Notes: generated from the sequence alone by a model not told the origin. A stretch of 64,000 nt of DNA from Eledone cirrhosa (GCA_964016885.1 OZ024741.1:270258001-270322000), one strand, 5' to 3'. Counted from the first letter of the stretch, positions 1 to 19,000 are shown. Numbers and translations are program-made.

Positions 1-866
1 CCCCACACACACACACACATAACTCCCTCCCCCATTTCTACTAACGGAATTATTTTCCTACACACACACAAAATATATATATTCTCTCCATCTTAACATG
101 CTAACCATACTCCCACACACACATACACACACACACATATAACACCCATACACACACACACAACTCCTTCCCCCATTTCTGCTAATAGAATCATCTTCCT
201 ATACACACACACACAATCACACAAATAAACATACATATATCTACTTTCTTTATTTCAATAGAAAGTCTGAATTTTGACACCCCAGCACACCAGCCATACT
301 CACTGAACCAGGACAATTCTCCACATCCCATTTCTCTTGACCATTATCTTTTGTTTGCCACAAAATTCTCTAAAAGCTACAAAAGAAATTCCCAAATGCG
401 GGCGTGACAGTCATAATTTCATTTATAACCAATCAAATTACATTTATAAAAAAAGCTTTCGTGAGCCACTTTTTTCTAAGTAAAAAGAAATTCAAACACA
501 AACTGGCGCGAAAGCTGATGTGCTTATTCACGTGACTGCATCAACCAACCAAAGTTCACTCATTTATGAAAAACCAATCTGAGTCCCCCTTTTTTTGAAG
601 GCAAACATAAGAACTTTGTAACGCGAACTGGCGCGAAATTTATTATACTTATTCACATGACAGTCATCAACCAACCAAATTACTTCTCTAAAAACCTAGC
701 GTTTCGAGCCACTTTTTTCCATATAAAACAGAAGTAACATTTAAAGACCAACCAGATGTGAGAAAAACCACAGACCCTCCATCTCAATTCTGCTTTTGAA
801 AAGCACAAGAACTGCGAAACCGGTAAAGGAACCAAATAAATATATTAATATATCATCTTTTTTCCT

Positions 867-971
<105 letters not shown>

Positions 972-996
972 TTCATTTATGTTCCCTATATATATA

Positions 997-1240
<244 letters not shown>

Positions 1241-1264
1241 TAGATAGATATGTATGTATGTATG

Positions 1265-1328
<64 letters not shown>

Positions 1329-2084
1329 TAGATAGATAGATAGATATATATATAGAGATATAGATATATATATATATATATATGCTTACATACATACATA
1401 CAGACAGACACACACATACACACACACGCAGACACAAACACTAATACTCATTCACATACACACACGCACTCATACACAGGCACATACACTCACATATAGG
1501 CACATCAAAATAAGTTCACTTCTTTTGATTAGTTTTGAAATGGTCTGGTAAATTAGATGAAATTTCTCAGTTAAACAGAGATGATATTATTTCGATCCAT
1601 TCTTAAGTGATGGTATTTTGTTCAGCATTGTCTATGTAATGCTGGACATCACTTCTTTGTCTCTTGAACACCAAATATATTTAGATGGCACTATGAGTTT
1701 ACCCAGGTGTTAGCGACAACAAATAGATTGCTGGGTTTGTATAGGTGACCTTTGAATGGATGCTCATTGATCTATATTGCTGGTTATTGGTGGAATTGTA
1801 AGTATAGTTTGCAATACATTTTTTAAGTCATATGTTGTGAGTCTTTATTACGATTCTCTGATCTTGCACAGGCCAGTTACTGTTTACTTAACTTAAGATC
1901 CCGTAAATCCTGATGGAGTCGTGGGGGGGGGGGGGGGGGGGTATTGACATATAGGTGTTTCTTGGGCATTTTAAGCTTGGCAGAGTCCATCTCTCCAGGA
2001 CTGAGTACAGCAGATTTCTTCCAGAGAAAGATAGAAAATGAGAGAGATTAAATGAGAAAGAGGTATAAAGGAAGAATCGTCTCT

Positions 2085-2345
<261 letters not shown>

Positions 2346-2509
2346 ATCGCTTCTGAATTTGTTTAGCAAGATTCTTTATCTGAAAACGTGTGTTGAAACC
2401 GATATTGTTATACTTTGGGAGGGTCATGTTGCCAATAAGAAACACACGCACCAGTTGCTTTCACTTCAATTTATTATTATAAATTTATAAATTTAGGAAT
2501 TTATAAATT

Positions 2510-3207
2510 TCCGGTTGGTTGGTTCCACAACCAGATAGTTGTTTATATATTGTCAAAGTTCTTTCGTCACACATTCTGTGACCTCTTCAGTGACTGGGGA
2601 TTCTTTTCTTTATTTTTTGTGCCTCTCCTTTGTTCTGTCCTACGCCATCTTGTTTCTGTGTGTGTGCAAGAGCTTCATTGTAATATGTGGAATGGTCGGT
2701 GAAAATATGCTCGCTTGTAGATAGACGGGAAAGCCTCAAAGAAACGTTTCTACCAGGTTATTGGTTATGCTGGCAGGATGGTTAGAATGCTTACTTATGT
2801 AATTAAGCGGCTTTCTATACGGGTAGTACAAGCCATTCGACAAATTGAGGGTAACGTCGAGGTAATTAACGACCGAGAGGTTGGCCTCAACCTGTATGGA
2901 GGGGTTGAAGCCTTTAAAGAAGGCTGTGAGTTCTTTTCTAAACCTGTCGCAAGCGCGTGGACCGCACTTTATCATGGCCAAAAGACCGTCATCGCGGTAC
3001 AAACCACCGCCGATATTGGGGAATTCTTCCTTGATAGAGAAAAGAAGGAAAAGGCTAATAAGATCTGTAACCTCCGCCGAATCGCTGGCGCCCATACTCA
3101 CGTCGAATGGGCTACTATTAGATTTTTTATCCAAATAGAGTCGTCGAAATTAATCACCGACTTACGGGCATTGAGGACGACATCAACTTCGAAATCCTTA
3201 ACCACCG
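2510..3207 (-). mobile_element. Penelope-like element reverse transcriptase relic (YRDDG type), frameshifted
   Basis: ORF 2736..3134 has FDVSMG..D.AEV.DL, GLYRDDGL, VNYLDVTLNL, PYRKP and YISKHSNHP motifs typical of PLE RTs; similarity continues in other frames (ARKS upstream; LSRLS..YYNEAL downstream). Confidence 0.85.
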
Positions 3208-3209
3208 TG

Positions 3210-3263
<54 letters not shown>

Positions 3264-3399
3264 GAGAGCATCGGTATTATCCGCCGAGTTATAATAAATG
3301 AATTTATTTTTTAACTGTCTAAAATAGAACTTAACGTATTCATTTTTTTTAAACCTGAAACATACCACCTGGCTCGTTAAAAGCATTAAACATTTTCTG

Positions 3400-3517
3400 A
3401 ATCGACCCTAATACTAGACTGGTACTTTATTTTATCGACCTCGAATGGATGAAAGAAAAGTTAACCTCGGCGGGATTTGAATCCAGAGAGCAGAGAGTCG
3501 GAACGAATACCGCAAAG

Positions 3518-3519
<2 letters not shown>
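3400..3519 (-). mobile_element. tRNA-derived SINE family 1, partial
   Basis: Near-identical to 2085-2197. Confidence 0.8.
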
Positions 3520-3566
<47 letters not shown>

Positions 3567-3571
3567 TATAC

Positions 3572-3682
<111 letters not shown>

Positions 3683-4026
3683 AGCACATCGGTAACATCC
3701 GCCGTGTAATAATAAATGAATTCACTTTTTTTTAGCTATCTAAAATAGGACTTAACCCGTTCATTTTTTAAAACCTGAAACATACCACCTGGGTCATTAA
3801 AGTGTGAGAATTTCGCGAGTTTTGACTTCTGCTAAACACAATTGAGAAACATACTTTTGGACTGTTAAAATGTCAGCATTATTAGTCCAGTTCACTTTTA
3901 ATTAGTATACACACATACGCACGCACACACACATACATACACATACACACACATTCACACACATATCTATCTATATATACGTATATATTCACACACACAT
4001 ATATATATACACACACACACACACAC

Positions 4027-4069
<43 letters not shown>

Positions 4070-4145
4070 GACAAAGATAAACAAAGGCAAATCTATAGAT
4101 GACGCATACATGTGTGTATAAATATCAACACACATTTAGTATAAT

Positions 4146-4236
<91 letters not shown>

Positions 4237-4242
4237 TGTATG

Positions 4243-4295
<53 letters not shown>

Positions 4296-4296
4296 T

Positions 4297-4339
<43 letters not shown>

Positions 4340-4347
4340 TTATATAC

Positions 4348-4397
<50 letters not shown>

Positions 4398-4434
4398 TTA
4401 TATACATATATATATATACATATATATATATATT

Positions 4435-8881
<4,447 letters not shown>

Positions 8882-8886
8882 TTTTT

Positions 8887-9105
8887 GTGAAGGCGTGTGG
8901 CTTAGTGGTTAGAGAATTGGATTCGCAATCGTAAGGTTGTGAGTTCGATCCCTGGACCAGGTGATGCGTTATGTCCTTGAGCAAGACATTTTATTTCACG
9001 TTGCTCCTTCTACCTGGAGTTGCGACCGATAGATAGTATTAGCAATTGGAAAGACCAACGGAAACATTGTTCCCTCGGTCCGATTTGACGAAAGTCGATC
9101 GTTCC
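8887..9105 (+). mobile_element. tRNA-derived CORE-like SINE family 2
   Basis: A-box TGGCTTAGTGG, B-box GAGTTCGATCC, CORE-like GTCCTTGAGCAAGACA; second copy at 28221. Confidence 0.85.
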
Positions 9106-9126
9106 TTTATATATATATATTTATAA

Positions 9127-9786
9127 TCTATATATACAAAACAGAGGATGTCTATCTGTGTGCGTGTGTCTGTGAGTTCGAATCCCTAAAACTCGAGAAG
9201 TACCCAAGCGATTTTTTTTGTAACTTTACATGTATATTACCTATGTTTCAGGTATGTGTGTGTGTGGGGAGGGGGGTGCACATAAAATTCAACTTTTTGA
9301 TCCACTAGGGCCCGCATTAGGTGAAAAACTGCATTTTTCACCTTTTTAGGGGTTTTTTTAAGCGTTGCCTCAAACCGATTTCCTTGAAATTGTAACTATG
9401 TATTAGTCAATCTCTTCTTCATACCGTAAGCAAAGAAAATCCAACTTTTTTATGGCCTAGGGCCCGCATTAGGTGAAAAACTTCATTTTTTCAGCTTTTT
9501 AGGGCTCTTTTGAGGCGTTACGTCTAGCCGATTCTCCAGAAATTTCAAGGCATATTATGCACATAAAAAAAAATTCATTTTCTTGATCCCCTAGGGCCTG
9601 CGTTAGGTGAAAACCTGCATTTTTCCTGCTTCATCGAGGAAATTCTTAAAGATTATCCAGCCATCAGAGTATTCGGTTTATTTTCTTTACATATTGTCCA
9701 GGCATGTAGTTTTTCCACGATTAAGTCTGTTGGCGGCCCACGTTCCAAAATACCTTATCCCGTGCAACGCCGGGTACCACTGCTAG
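9127..9786 (+). mobile_element. Non-autonomous Helitron
   Basis: 5' TC, 3' hairpin CCCGTGCAACGCCGGG followed by CTAG, inserted between A and T; three internal ~145-bp repeats with CTAGGGCC.GC.TTAGGTGAAAA. Confidence 0.8.
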
Positions 9787-9819
9787 TATATATATATATA
9801 TATAATATGTATATATATA

Positions 9820-9886
<67 letters not shown>

Positions 9887-9887
9887 T

Positions 9888-9992
<105 letters not shown>

Positions 9993-10149
9993 GTGTGTGT
10001 GTGTGTTAGGTAATTCGGAAGGAAAAGCAAAGGAAAAAAAGAGTGCTGTATGTATAGAACAGAGCTATTTAATTAGAAAGTGAACAACACAAAATATAAC
10101 TACTCCTAACCCGTATTTTTGTGTGTGTGTGTGTGTATATATATATATC

Positions 10150-11298
10150 CCGATGCTGAGGAGGATATTAGAGGCAGCTAGAGCGAAGTGCCTTCCTGCG
10201 GTCATGGTTTTCATTGACTTTAGGAAGGCCTTTGATTCTGTGGACCGTCACTGCCTGATGAAGATCTTACAGGCTTATGGAATCCCCAAGAAGATAGTGG
10301 ACCTGATATCACTGCTCTACACCAATACCAAAGCCCAAGTCATTACACCTGATGGAATGACAGAGTCCTTTGAGATACTGGCTGGAGTGCTCCAAGGAGA
10401 TACATTGGCTCCCTACCTTTTTATCATCGTAGTGGATTATTGTATGCGCCTTGCACTGAAGAAACACCAGGACTCTGGCTTTACTGTAACACCGGCTCAG
10501 AGCAGGAGAGTTAAGGCGAAAAAGATATCGGATGCTGAATTTTCCGACGACATAGTTTTGGTGACAAATACAGTGAAGGAGGCAGAGGAGTTGATGCAGG
10601 AGGGGGAGACTGTGTCGATGAGTGTGGGGCTGAGAATGAATGAGATTAAGACGAAGTATCTTGTAGAGAATGTTGAGAAGCCAGAGGGGATCACTAATGT
10701 AGGCGGGAAGCCGCTAGAATTGGTTGAGGACTTCCTGTATTTGGGAGCAAAGATTGGGAATACAGAAGATGATGTGGTTGAGAGGAAGAGAAAAGCCTGG
10801 GCGGCGTGCCACAGATTGAGATCGGTGTGGAAGTCAGACCTTCGTAAAGACCTGAAAATCCGCCTCTTCATTGCTGTGGTGGAGTCTGTGCTGCTGTACG
10901 GGTCTGAGACTTGGACACTGACCAAGAAACTCACTCAGATGGTGGATGGGTGCTACACGAGAATGCTGAGGATGGCTCTGAACATTAATCAGTATACACT
11001 GAGGATGAAGAACTCTGAGCTATATGGGAGCCTCCCAAAAGTCAGCTCAAAAGTGACACAGAGGAGACTGAGGTTAGCTGGACATGCTCACCGACATCCA
11101 GAGTTGACATTGCACTCAGTGCTCCTGTGGGAGCCCCTACATGGACACACTGGAAGAGGAAGCCCAAGGTTAACGTATGTTGATGCCCTAAGGACAGACA
11201 CTGGTCTGTTGGAGACGCAGGCCATGGCAGCGATAATGAGGGACAGAGACCGCTGGAGAGAACTCGTCCATGGATCTCGGGAATTTTACCCGCCCTAG
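10150..11298 (+). mobile_element. 5'-truncated RTE-clade LINE (RT C-terminal half), second family
   Basis: FIDFRKAFDS, GVLQGDTLAPYLF, degenerate FSDD, YLG, LLYGSETW, RLRLAGH; flanked by (TA)n. Confidence 0.9.
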
Positions 11299-12335
11299 AA
11301 TATATATATATATATATATATATAGTAATAATAATAAATTTGAAGACTAAAATCCAAAGAGGGCTCGATAAGGATAAATATATATATCAAATATATAAGA
11401 ACCGTAGAGCAAATATTTATTAAAATAACAGATTAAAGTTTAAGCAAAGAATTGCTGCGTCTGTGTGAGTATGCGGGTTCGTACGTATGTAGGGTGTGTG
11501 TATATTTGCTTTGTGTTTTGGTTGACGTACGTTTAGCGAACATGTGTATTTACACGTAGGTATACACGCACACACGCGCACACATATATATATATATATT
11601 TTTTTTAATATATATTTTTATGTGTATTTTGGTGTATACGTTCGGATGTGTGCGGGTACAGGTGTTGCGTGGGTTCTGTATGTGCGTGCGGGTTTTTTTG
11701 TGTACGTGCTTGTATTTGCATACCCATGCCGGGTGTTTTCGGGTATGCATGTGTATGTACGTATATGGATGCGTGCATGCATATATTTAATTTTTGTTGA
11801 TTTCAATTACCTCTGTAATTTATTTACATTATTCTTAACTCTGAAGCCGAGAATCATTCGGTTTCCTAAATAGAATTTTAGTCTACGACTTCAGTTATAC
11901 CATAAACGTGGTTTTGTCTTTGCGTGTAATTGTTTTCACCGCTCCAAATAATGACGTATTATCTTCGTCTTTTTTCCGTTCTTTGCCAGGGAACGTTTCC
12001 ACGAACCAAAGTATCGTCTTCCTGTCTTCCTTCGGTTGCAACGTTTTTCGAAATATTTACTTCTGCGTTCACAGATATTTTTTTAGTTTCAGAAGATCCG
12101 TTAAGGGTGAAAACAGCGATTCTTTGCTTAAACTTTAATCTGTTATTTTAATAAATATATATATATATATATATATGTATATATGGGTACACGCACATGC
12201 GTACACACAGATACACATACACACACAGAGGCACTATGTATATCTCTCTGTGTGTACGTATGTGTACCCATGTATGTGTGTGCACCAATGTAGGTGTGTA
12301 TACATGTATGTGTGTACCCATATATGCTGCTTGGG

Positions 12336-15081
12336 AAGCTGTGTAGTGAGAGAGGTAAAGCTGTGTAGAGAGAGGGGTAAAGCTGTGTAGAGAGAGGTAA
12401 AGCTGTGTAGATAGAGGGGTAAGCTGTGTGGAGAGAGAGGTAAAGCTCTGTGTATAGAGAGAGGTAAAGTTATGTGTAGAGAGAAGTAAAGCTGTATAAA
12501 GAGAGGTAAAGCTATGTAGAGAGAGGTAGGGCTGTGTAGAGAGAGGTAAAGCTGTGTAGAGAGAGGTAGGGCTGTGTAGAGAGAGGTAAATCTGTGTAGA
12601 AAGGGGTATGGCTGTGTAGAGAGAGGTAAAGCTGTGTAGAGAGAGGTAGGGCTGTGTAGAGAGAGGTAAAGCTGTGTAGAGAGAGGTAAAGCTGTGTAGA
12701 GAGAGGTAGGGCCGTGTACTGAGAGGTAAAGCTGTGTGGAGAGAGGTAGGGCTCAGTAGAGAGAGGTAAAGCTGTGTAGAAAAAGGTAGGGCTGTGTAGA
12801 GAGCGGGGTAAAGTTGTGTAGAGAGAGAGGTAAAGCTATGGAGAGAGAGGTAAAGCTATGGAGAGAGAGGTAGTGCTGTGTAGAGAGAAGTAAAGCTGTG
12901 TAAAGAGAGGTAGGGCTGTGTAGAGAGAGGTAAAGCTGTGTAGAGAGAGGGGTAAAGTTGTGTAGAGAGAGGTAAAGCTGTGTAGAGAGAAGTAAAGCTG
13001 TGTAGAGAGAGAGGTAATGCTATGTAGAGAGAAGTAAAGCTGTGTAGAAAGAGAGGTAAAGCTATGTAGAGAGAGAGAGGTAAAGCTATGGAAACAGAGG
13101 TAAAGCTGTGTAGAGAGAGAGAGGTAAAGCAATGTAGAGAGTGGTAAAGGTGTGTGTAGAGAGAGGTAAAGCTGCGTAGAGAGAAGTAAAGGTGTGTAGA
13201 GAGAGAGGTAAAGCTGTGTAGAAAGAGGGAAAGCTGTGTAGAGAGAGAGATAAAGCTGTGTAGAGAGAGAGGTAAAGCTATGTAGAGAGAGGTAAAGCTG
13301 TGTGTAGAGAGAGAGGTAAAGCTATGTAGAGAGTGGTAAAGATGTGTAGAGAGAGAGGTAAAGCTGCGTAGAGAGAGGTAAAGGTGTGTGTAGAGAGAGA
13401 GGTAAAGCTGTATAGAAAGAGGTAAAGCTGTGTAGAGAGAGAGATAAAGCTGTGTAGATAGAGAGGTAAAGCTATGTAGAGAGAGGAAAAGCTGTGTAGA
13501 GAGAGAGGTAAAGCTATGTAGAGAGAGCTAAATCTGTGTAGAGAGAGGGGTAAAGCTGTGTAGAGAGAGGTAAAGCTGTGTAGAGAGAGAGGTAAAGCTA
13601 TGTAAAGAGAGGTAAAGCTGCGTACAAGAGAGGTAAAGCTATGTAGAGAGAGGTAAAGCTGTGTGTAGAGAGAGAGGTAAAGCTATGTAGAGAGAGGTAA
13701 AGCTATGTAGAGAGAGGTAAAGCTGTGTAGAGAGAGGGGTAAAGCTGTGTAGAGAGAGGTAAAGCTATGTAGAGAGAGGTAAAGCTGTGTAAAGAGAGAG
13801 GTAAAGCTATGTAGGGAGAGGTAAAGCTGTGTAGCGAGAGGGGTAAAGTTGTGTAGAGAGAGGTAAAGCTATGTAGAGAGAAGTAAAGCTGTGTAGAGAG
13901 AGAGGTAATGCTATGTAGAGAGAAGTAAAGCTGTGTAGAGAGAGAGGTAAAGCTATGTAGAGAGAGAGAGGTAAAGCTATGTAAAGAGAGGTAAAGCTGT
14001 GTAGAGAGAGAGAGGTAAAGCTGTGTAGAGAGAGGTAAAGGTGTGTAGAGAGAGAGGTAAAGCTGCGTAGAGAGAGGTAAAGGTGTGTGTAGAGAGAGAG
14101 GTAAAGCTGTGTAAAAGAGGTAAATCTGTGAAGAGAGAGATATAAAGCTGTGTAGAGAGAGAGGTAAAGCTATGTAGAGAGAGGTAAAGCTGTGTAGAGA
14201 GAGAGGTAAAGCTATGTAGAGAGAGGTAAAGCTGTGTAGAGAGAGGGGTAAAGCTGTGTAGAGAGAGGTAAGCTGTGTAGAGAGAGAGGTAAAGCTTTGT
14301 AAAGAGAGGTAAAGCTGTGTAGAAGAGAGGTAAAGCTATGTAGAGAGAGGTAAAGCTGTGTAAAGAGAGGTAGGACTGTGTCGAGAGAGGTAAAGCTGTG
14401 TAGAAAGAGGTAGGGCTGTGTAGAGAGAGGTAGAGCTGTGTAGAGAGAGGTAGGGCTGTGTAGAGAGAGGTAAAGCTGTGTAGAAAGAGGTATGGCTGTG
14501 TAGAGAGAGGTAAAGCTGTGCAGAGAGAGGTAGGGCTGTGTAGAGAGAGGTAAAGCTGTGTAAAGAGAGAGGTAAAGCTATGTAGAGAGAGGTAAAGCTG
14601 TGTAAAGAGAGGTAGGACTGTGTCGAGAGAGGTAAAGCTGTGTAGAAAGAGGTAGGGCTGTGTAGAGAGAGGTAAAGCTGTGTAGAGAGAGGTAGGGCTG
14701 TGTAGAGAGAGGTAAAGCTGTGTAGAAAGAGGTACGGCTGTGTAGAGAGAGGTAAAGCTGTGTAGAGAGAGATAGGGCTGTGTAGAGAGAGGTAAAGCTG
14801 TGTAGAGAGAGGTAGGGCTCAGTAGAGAGAGGTAAAGCTGTGTAGAAAGAGGTAGGGTGTGTAGAGAGGGGTAAAGCTGTGTAGAGAGAGGTAGGGCTGT
14901 GTAGAGAGAGGTAAAGCTGTGTAGAGAGAGGTAGGGCTGTGTAGAGAGAGGTAAAGCTGTGTAGAGAGTGGTAGGGCTGTGTAGAGAGAGGTAAAGCTGT
15001 GTAGAGAGAGGTAAGGCTGTGTAGAGAGAGGTAAAGCTGTGTAGAGAGAGGTAGGGCTGTGTAGAGAGAGGTAAAGCTGTG
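12336..15081. repeat. Minisatellite array, ~20-bp unit AGAGAGGTAAAGCTGTGTAG
   Basis: About 2.7 kb of tandem units with variable (AG)n length and TAAAGC/TAGGGC variants. Confidence 0.95.
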
Positions 15082-15339
15082 CATCCAAACTCCAGGGCCT
15101 TCTTACTCCTGCAGGAGGAATCTCTCCCGGGTTGACCTCCACCCAGAGGCATGACTAGGGTATGGCAAGCATAGCACCAAATGAAGGGGCGCCACATGGA
15201 CTCTGAGAACTTTCTATTAAAGTCAAATAAGCCTCGTTGGATGGTGAAAAACGAAACTCCTTCAGATGTATGATCTGTCTCTGATTATCATGGGCGAGAA
15301 CACTATGGTGGCTGGATCATTAAACCATTTATATAAATT

Positions 15340-15530
15340 AGGAGGATTGGCAGTATTGGTAGAGGGTCGGACGCCATGCTTTGGAACATAGAGTTACGGC
15401 CCTTTATGATCTGAGTTCAAATTCCGCCGAGGTTAACTTTGCCTTTCATCCTTACGGGGTCGATCAAATAAAGTACCAGTAATGCACTAGAATAGTTGCT
15501 GGCCTTGTGCAAAAAGTAGAAACAATTATT
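15340..15530 (+). mobile_element. tRNA-derived SINE family 1
   Basis: TGGCAGTATTGG A-box-like, GAGTTCAAATTCC B-box, GCCTTTCATCCTTACGGGGTCGAT..AGTACCAG body, GGCCTTGTGC..TAGAAAC tail. Confidence 0.85.
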
Positions 15531-15804
15531 ATACCTCCATGGGTTAAAATACAGAGCTGGGCAAGGGCGCAATTTCACTGTTTGCCATAGAGGCTATTAT
15601 GCCTACTTATGCCTCTGACTTCACCGCTTCCTATCTCTGGCCATATTGAGATCATGCAAGGCATCTGGTCAAAGTATCACACCATCTGGCATTTAGCCGC
15701 CTGCTGGTTCTTCTCCACTGTCCTGGTGTCCACTCTATCACAGCTGTATATAGGGAGAGGGGTAATAGATATGTCTATGACCGTCACATAAAGGAGAGTG
15801 GCAC

Positions 15805-15805
<1 letters not shown>

Positions 15806-15844
<39 letters not shown>

Positions 15845-16005
15845 GGTAATGGTTGTAGTAGTGGTGGTGGTGATGGTTGTAGTAGTGGTGGTGGTGGTAA
15901 TAGTAGTAGTAGTGGTGGTGGTGGTGGTAGTAGTAGTAGTACTCGTGGGGTAGTGGTGGTAGTAGTTGTAGAAGTAGTAACAACAGTAGTAGTAGTTGGT
16001 GTTAT
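15806..16005. repeat. (TAG)n/(TGG)n compound trinucleotide repeat
   Basis: Direct inspection. Confidence 0.9.
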
Positions 16006-17510
16006 TGTATAACCCTAAGCCAGCTCTAATCAAGCAGTCGTATGGTTAAAGATGCTCTAGCCAGTCTTTGTTAGGCACAAAGTATTCAATATGTCCTTTT
16101 TTTTTAACGACGATAGTGTTTTGAACAGCATGTGGCTACTATTTCTAGCAGGCCGTAAGACCACGTAAATGTTCCTTCTTTAACTCACCCCTCCCCTCGT
16201 CGTGACTGTTTAGTTTTGAGTCTTTCTGTCTGGAAACGCATGGTTTAAGGAGTAACAATAGCCGGACTGTGTGTCTATTATTGTTTTGATATTTTTACAT
16301 CGTTGTCAATGGAGAGAAAAAAGCAGAAAAAAAGAGAGAATGAATGAAAGAAAAAATAGAGTAGCACCTGAAGAAGAAAGAAGGAACAGATAAAAGGAAA
16401 GAAAGAAAGAAGGGAGAGAAAAGAATGAAAGAAATCTCTCCCTATATATATATATATACATATATATATACTATTTGATAATAATAATAATAAAAATATA
16501 TATTTATTCTAAATAGAAGCTCAAGGCCACAAAATGAACAATCAATTTTGACAACTTAATTCTTAACTTGTTTATTTTATCGAAAACTAAAGTAAAGCTT
16601 TGCAATATTTGAACTCAGAACGCGAGGAAATTTAATTATTGTATAGCAATTAGCAATTCTATAAAATCCGGAAAGAAGAAAATTTTTATAAATATATACA
16701 CACGTTTTTGCCAACTTCCCATTTCGTCATAATAGAAAAATCTTATCATATCCAAGCGGAGATAACTCTAGCCGTATTTACCGATCTAAACAAGCAACAG
16801 CCATCCATTGAATCTTCGTTTGCTAAATATCTACTCGAGCTTGGAAGCAAATATATATATATATACGCCACAATAGATGCGTATGCGTATACGCAATGTG
16901 AATGTATTGAATTTCAAGTGTGCGCGCATGTATTTTAATTTTCATTTTTGGGTGGCTTGGTTAAATTAACTAAGTAAATAAGCTATTCGAATGCTTGGCT
17001 AGCTAGCGAAGTTAAGTGGGTGACTAAATGGCTGGCTGGCTGGCTAGCTAGCTGGTTGGCTGGTTTGGCTAATGTTTTGGTCTTTGTTTGAAAACTGAAA
17101 ACGAAAAACAAACTTAAAAAATACAAAAACAGGAACATCAACAAGCTAGCTGAAGCAAAGATAGTAGAAAAAAGGAAGAGTACATGTGATCGTATTTTAA
17201 AAAAACAACCTTAACTAAACAACAGCGACTGGGGAAAACTAGCTAGCCATACAGGCTCGCGCGCCTATATACACATAACAAATACAATATTGAGCCAAGT
17301 AGAGAGAAATTTCATACGGACATTCAACTTTGACGCGAACGTATATAAATAAACAGATCGCAGACATACATGAAGCCAGATATATACATACTCAGACAGA
17401 CGCGTATGCAAGACATGAATTTGAGAGAGAGGCGAACGACTCCAAGCGCTTAATAGCTATAAAAGACCAATCATCAATTTATTTATTTCTCAATATCTAT
17501 CTATCAATCG

Positions 17511-17541
<31 letters not shown>

Positions 17542-17668
17542 TTATATATATGTATGTATAGATAGATTTAATAAGCTCGGCAGGTAAGATATGGCTGAAT
17601 TATTTGTTCTTTTTCTCTTTCTCTCTCTCTATTTCTCTTATTCACCATCATCCTCCGTTGTTTGTGTA

Positions 17669-17730
<62 letters not shown>

Positions 17731-18357
17731 TATGTATGTATAAGCTTTCTTGTTTCTATGTCGTTCTGGTGCATCTATCACGCACAGTATTTCCAACTTA
17801 TTCTTCTGCCTACTCCTTGACTCATCCTTCAGACGGATTCTCATCAAAATTCTTAGAAGATAAACATTATGCTTGCGCATATATATAAACAAATATGTAT
17901 GTATGTTTGTTTATATATGAAACAGTTATAGTCCTGTAGAATACATTTCTATATTAATTTGTTCTATATATATAAACATATGCTTATATATATAAGCATA
18001 TATATATATACACACACACACATATATGATTGCGCATATGTATATACATATTTGTTTATATATATATAACGCACAATTTATTTATATTATTCAATCCTTT
18101 ATGTTTTGCCAACAAAATCCTGAAGCCAGCCAACTCGTGCTTAAAATATAATCTGTTGAATGGAAAATTGTAATTGTAATTTCACTTACATTATTTATCA
18201 AAAATTTCTTTTCTTTTGCATTTAAAAAAAAAATTGTTACAAAAAAAAGGTCGCATTAAATAATGTTTGTTTTTTTTGTGCGTACATTTTTATTTTTCAC
18301 GTTGGTTATTTTAAAGACCAAAGCTTGTGTGTTTGTATATATATATAAGAAAGTAAC

Positions 18358-18400
<43 letters not shown>

Positions 18401-18834
18401 TCTCTTTGTAAATTTTCTTAAGTCTATTAAATATATATATATATATATATACACACCTTGGGTTGCGCTTTTGTTCCCTGAATGGACATAAATAAATGAT
18501 ATAATATATATTATATAATGTGTGTGTGTACATATTCCAGCCTATGTGTGTTGATACCTATACACGTGTATGCGTCATCTATATATTTACCTTTGTTTAT
18601 ATATATAATATATACACCACTAGGAAGTCTTTTGTTGTCATCAATGCCTGTTTAATTATATTTTGTTTCCTGTTATGTTGCGTTTTATCTAAAGTGTCTT
18701 ATCTAATACCTTCTTTGATTTATTTATTCTCTATTTTTAGTAGTAATCTTTATGGTAAAAACCACAAAAGCCGTTATTTCAGTTGAATGTCACAAACTAA
18801 CTAGGCTTGCTTTTTACTCTTGTCATAATTGTTG

Positions 18835-19000
18835 TTATTATGACTACATTATGACTATTATTGCGACTAATATTATGACTATATTAATGATTATTATTAT
18901 GACTCTTATTACGACTATATTATGACTTTTAATATGACTCTTATTACGACTATTATTATGACTAATATTAGCCTATGACTATTACTATAATTATGATCAT
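18835..19000. repeat. ~12-bp degenerate tandem repeat (TATGACTATTAT)
   Basis: Direct inspection. Confidence 0.75.

Noticed and set aside
750-840. GCGAAACCGGTA..AATAAA resembling a hammerhead 3' half
   Set aside because: The upstream core is only CAGATGT and stems I and II cannot be paired; at best a decayed relic
2348-2440. Possible hammerhead in the repeat also found inverted at 58528-58641 (CTGAAAACGTGTGTTGAAACCGATA)
   Set aside because: No CTGANGA core and no consistent stem I or III; kept only as a dispersed repeat with a terminal fold-back at 58528-58574
8887-8955. tRNA gene at SINE heads (also 25391 and 28221)
   Set aside because: A and B boxes are present but run directly into a CORE-like SINE body; no proper acceptor stem
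12336-15081. CRISPR-like array
   Set aside because: Head-to-tail repeats with no unique spacers, no cas genes, eukaryotic context
13977-15197. 406-aa LSTQLYLSLHSFTSLYTALP repeat ORF
   Set aside because: Antisense reading of the 20-bp minisatellite; unit length varies without regard to frame
16700-17890. Relatively unique sequence that might contain host exons or a promoter
   Set aside because: No recognisable protein similarity or convincing splice structure visible by eye
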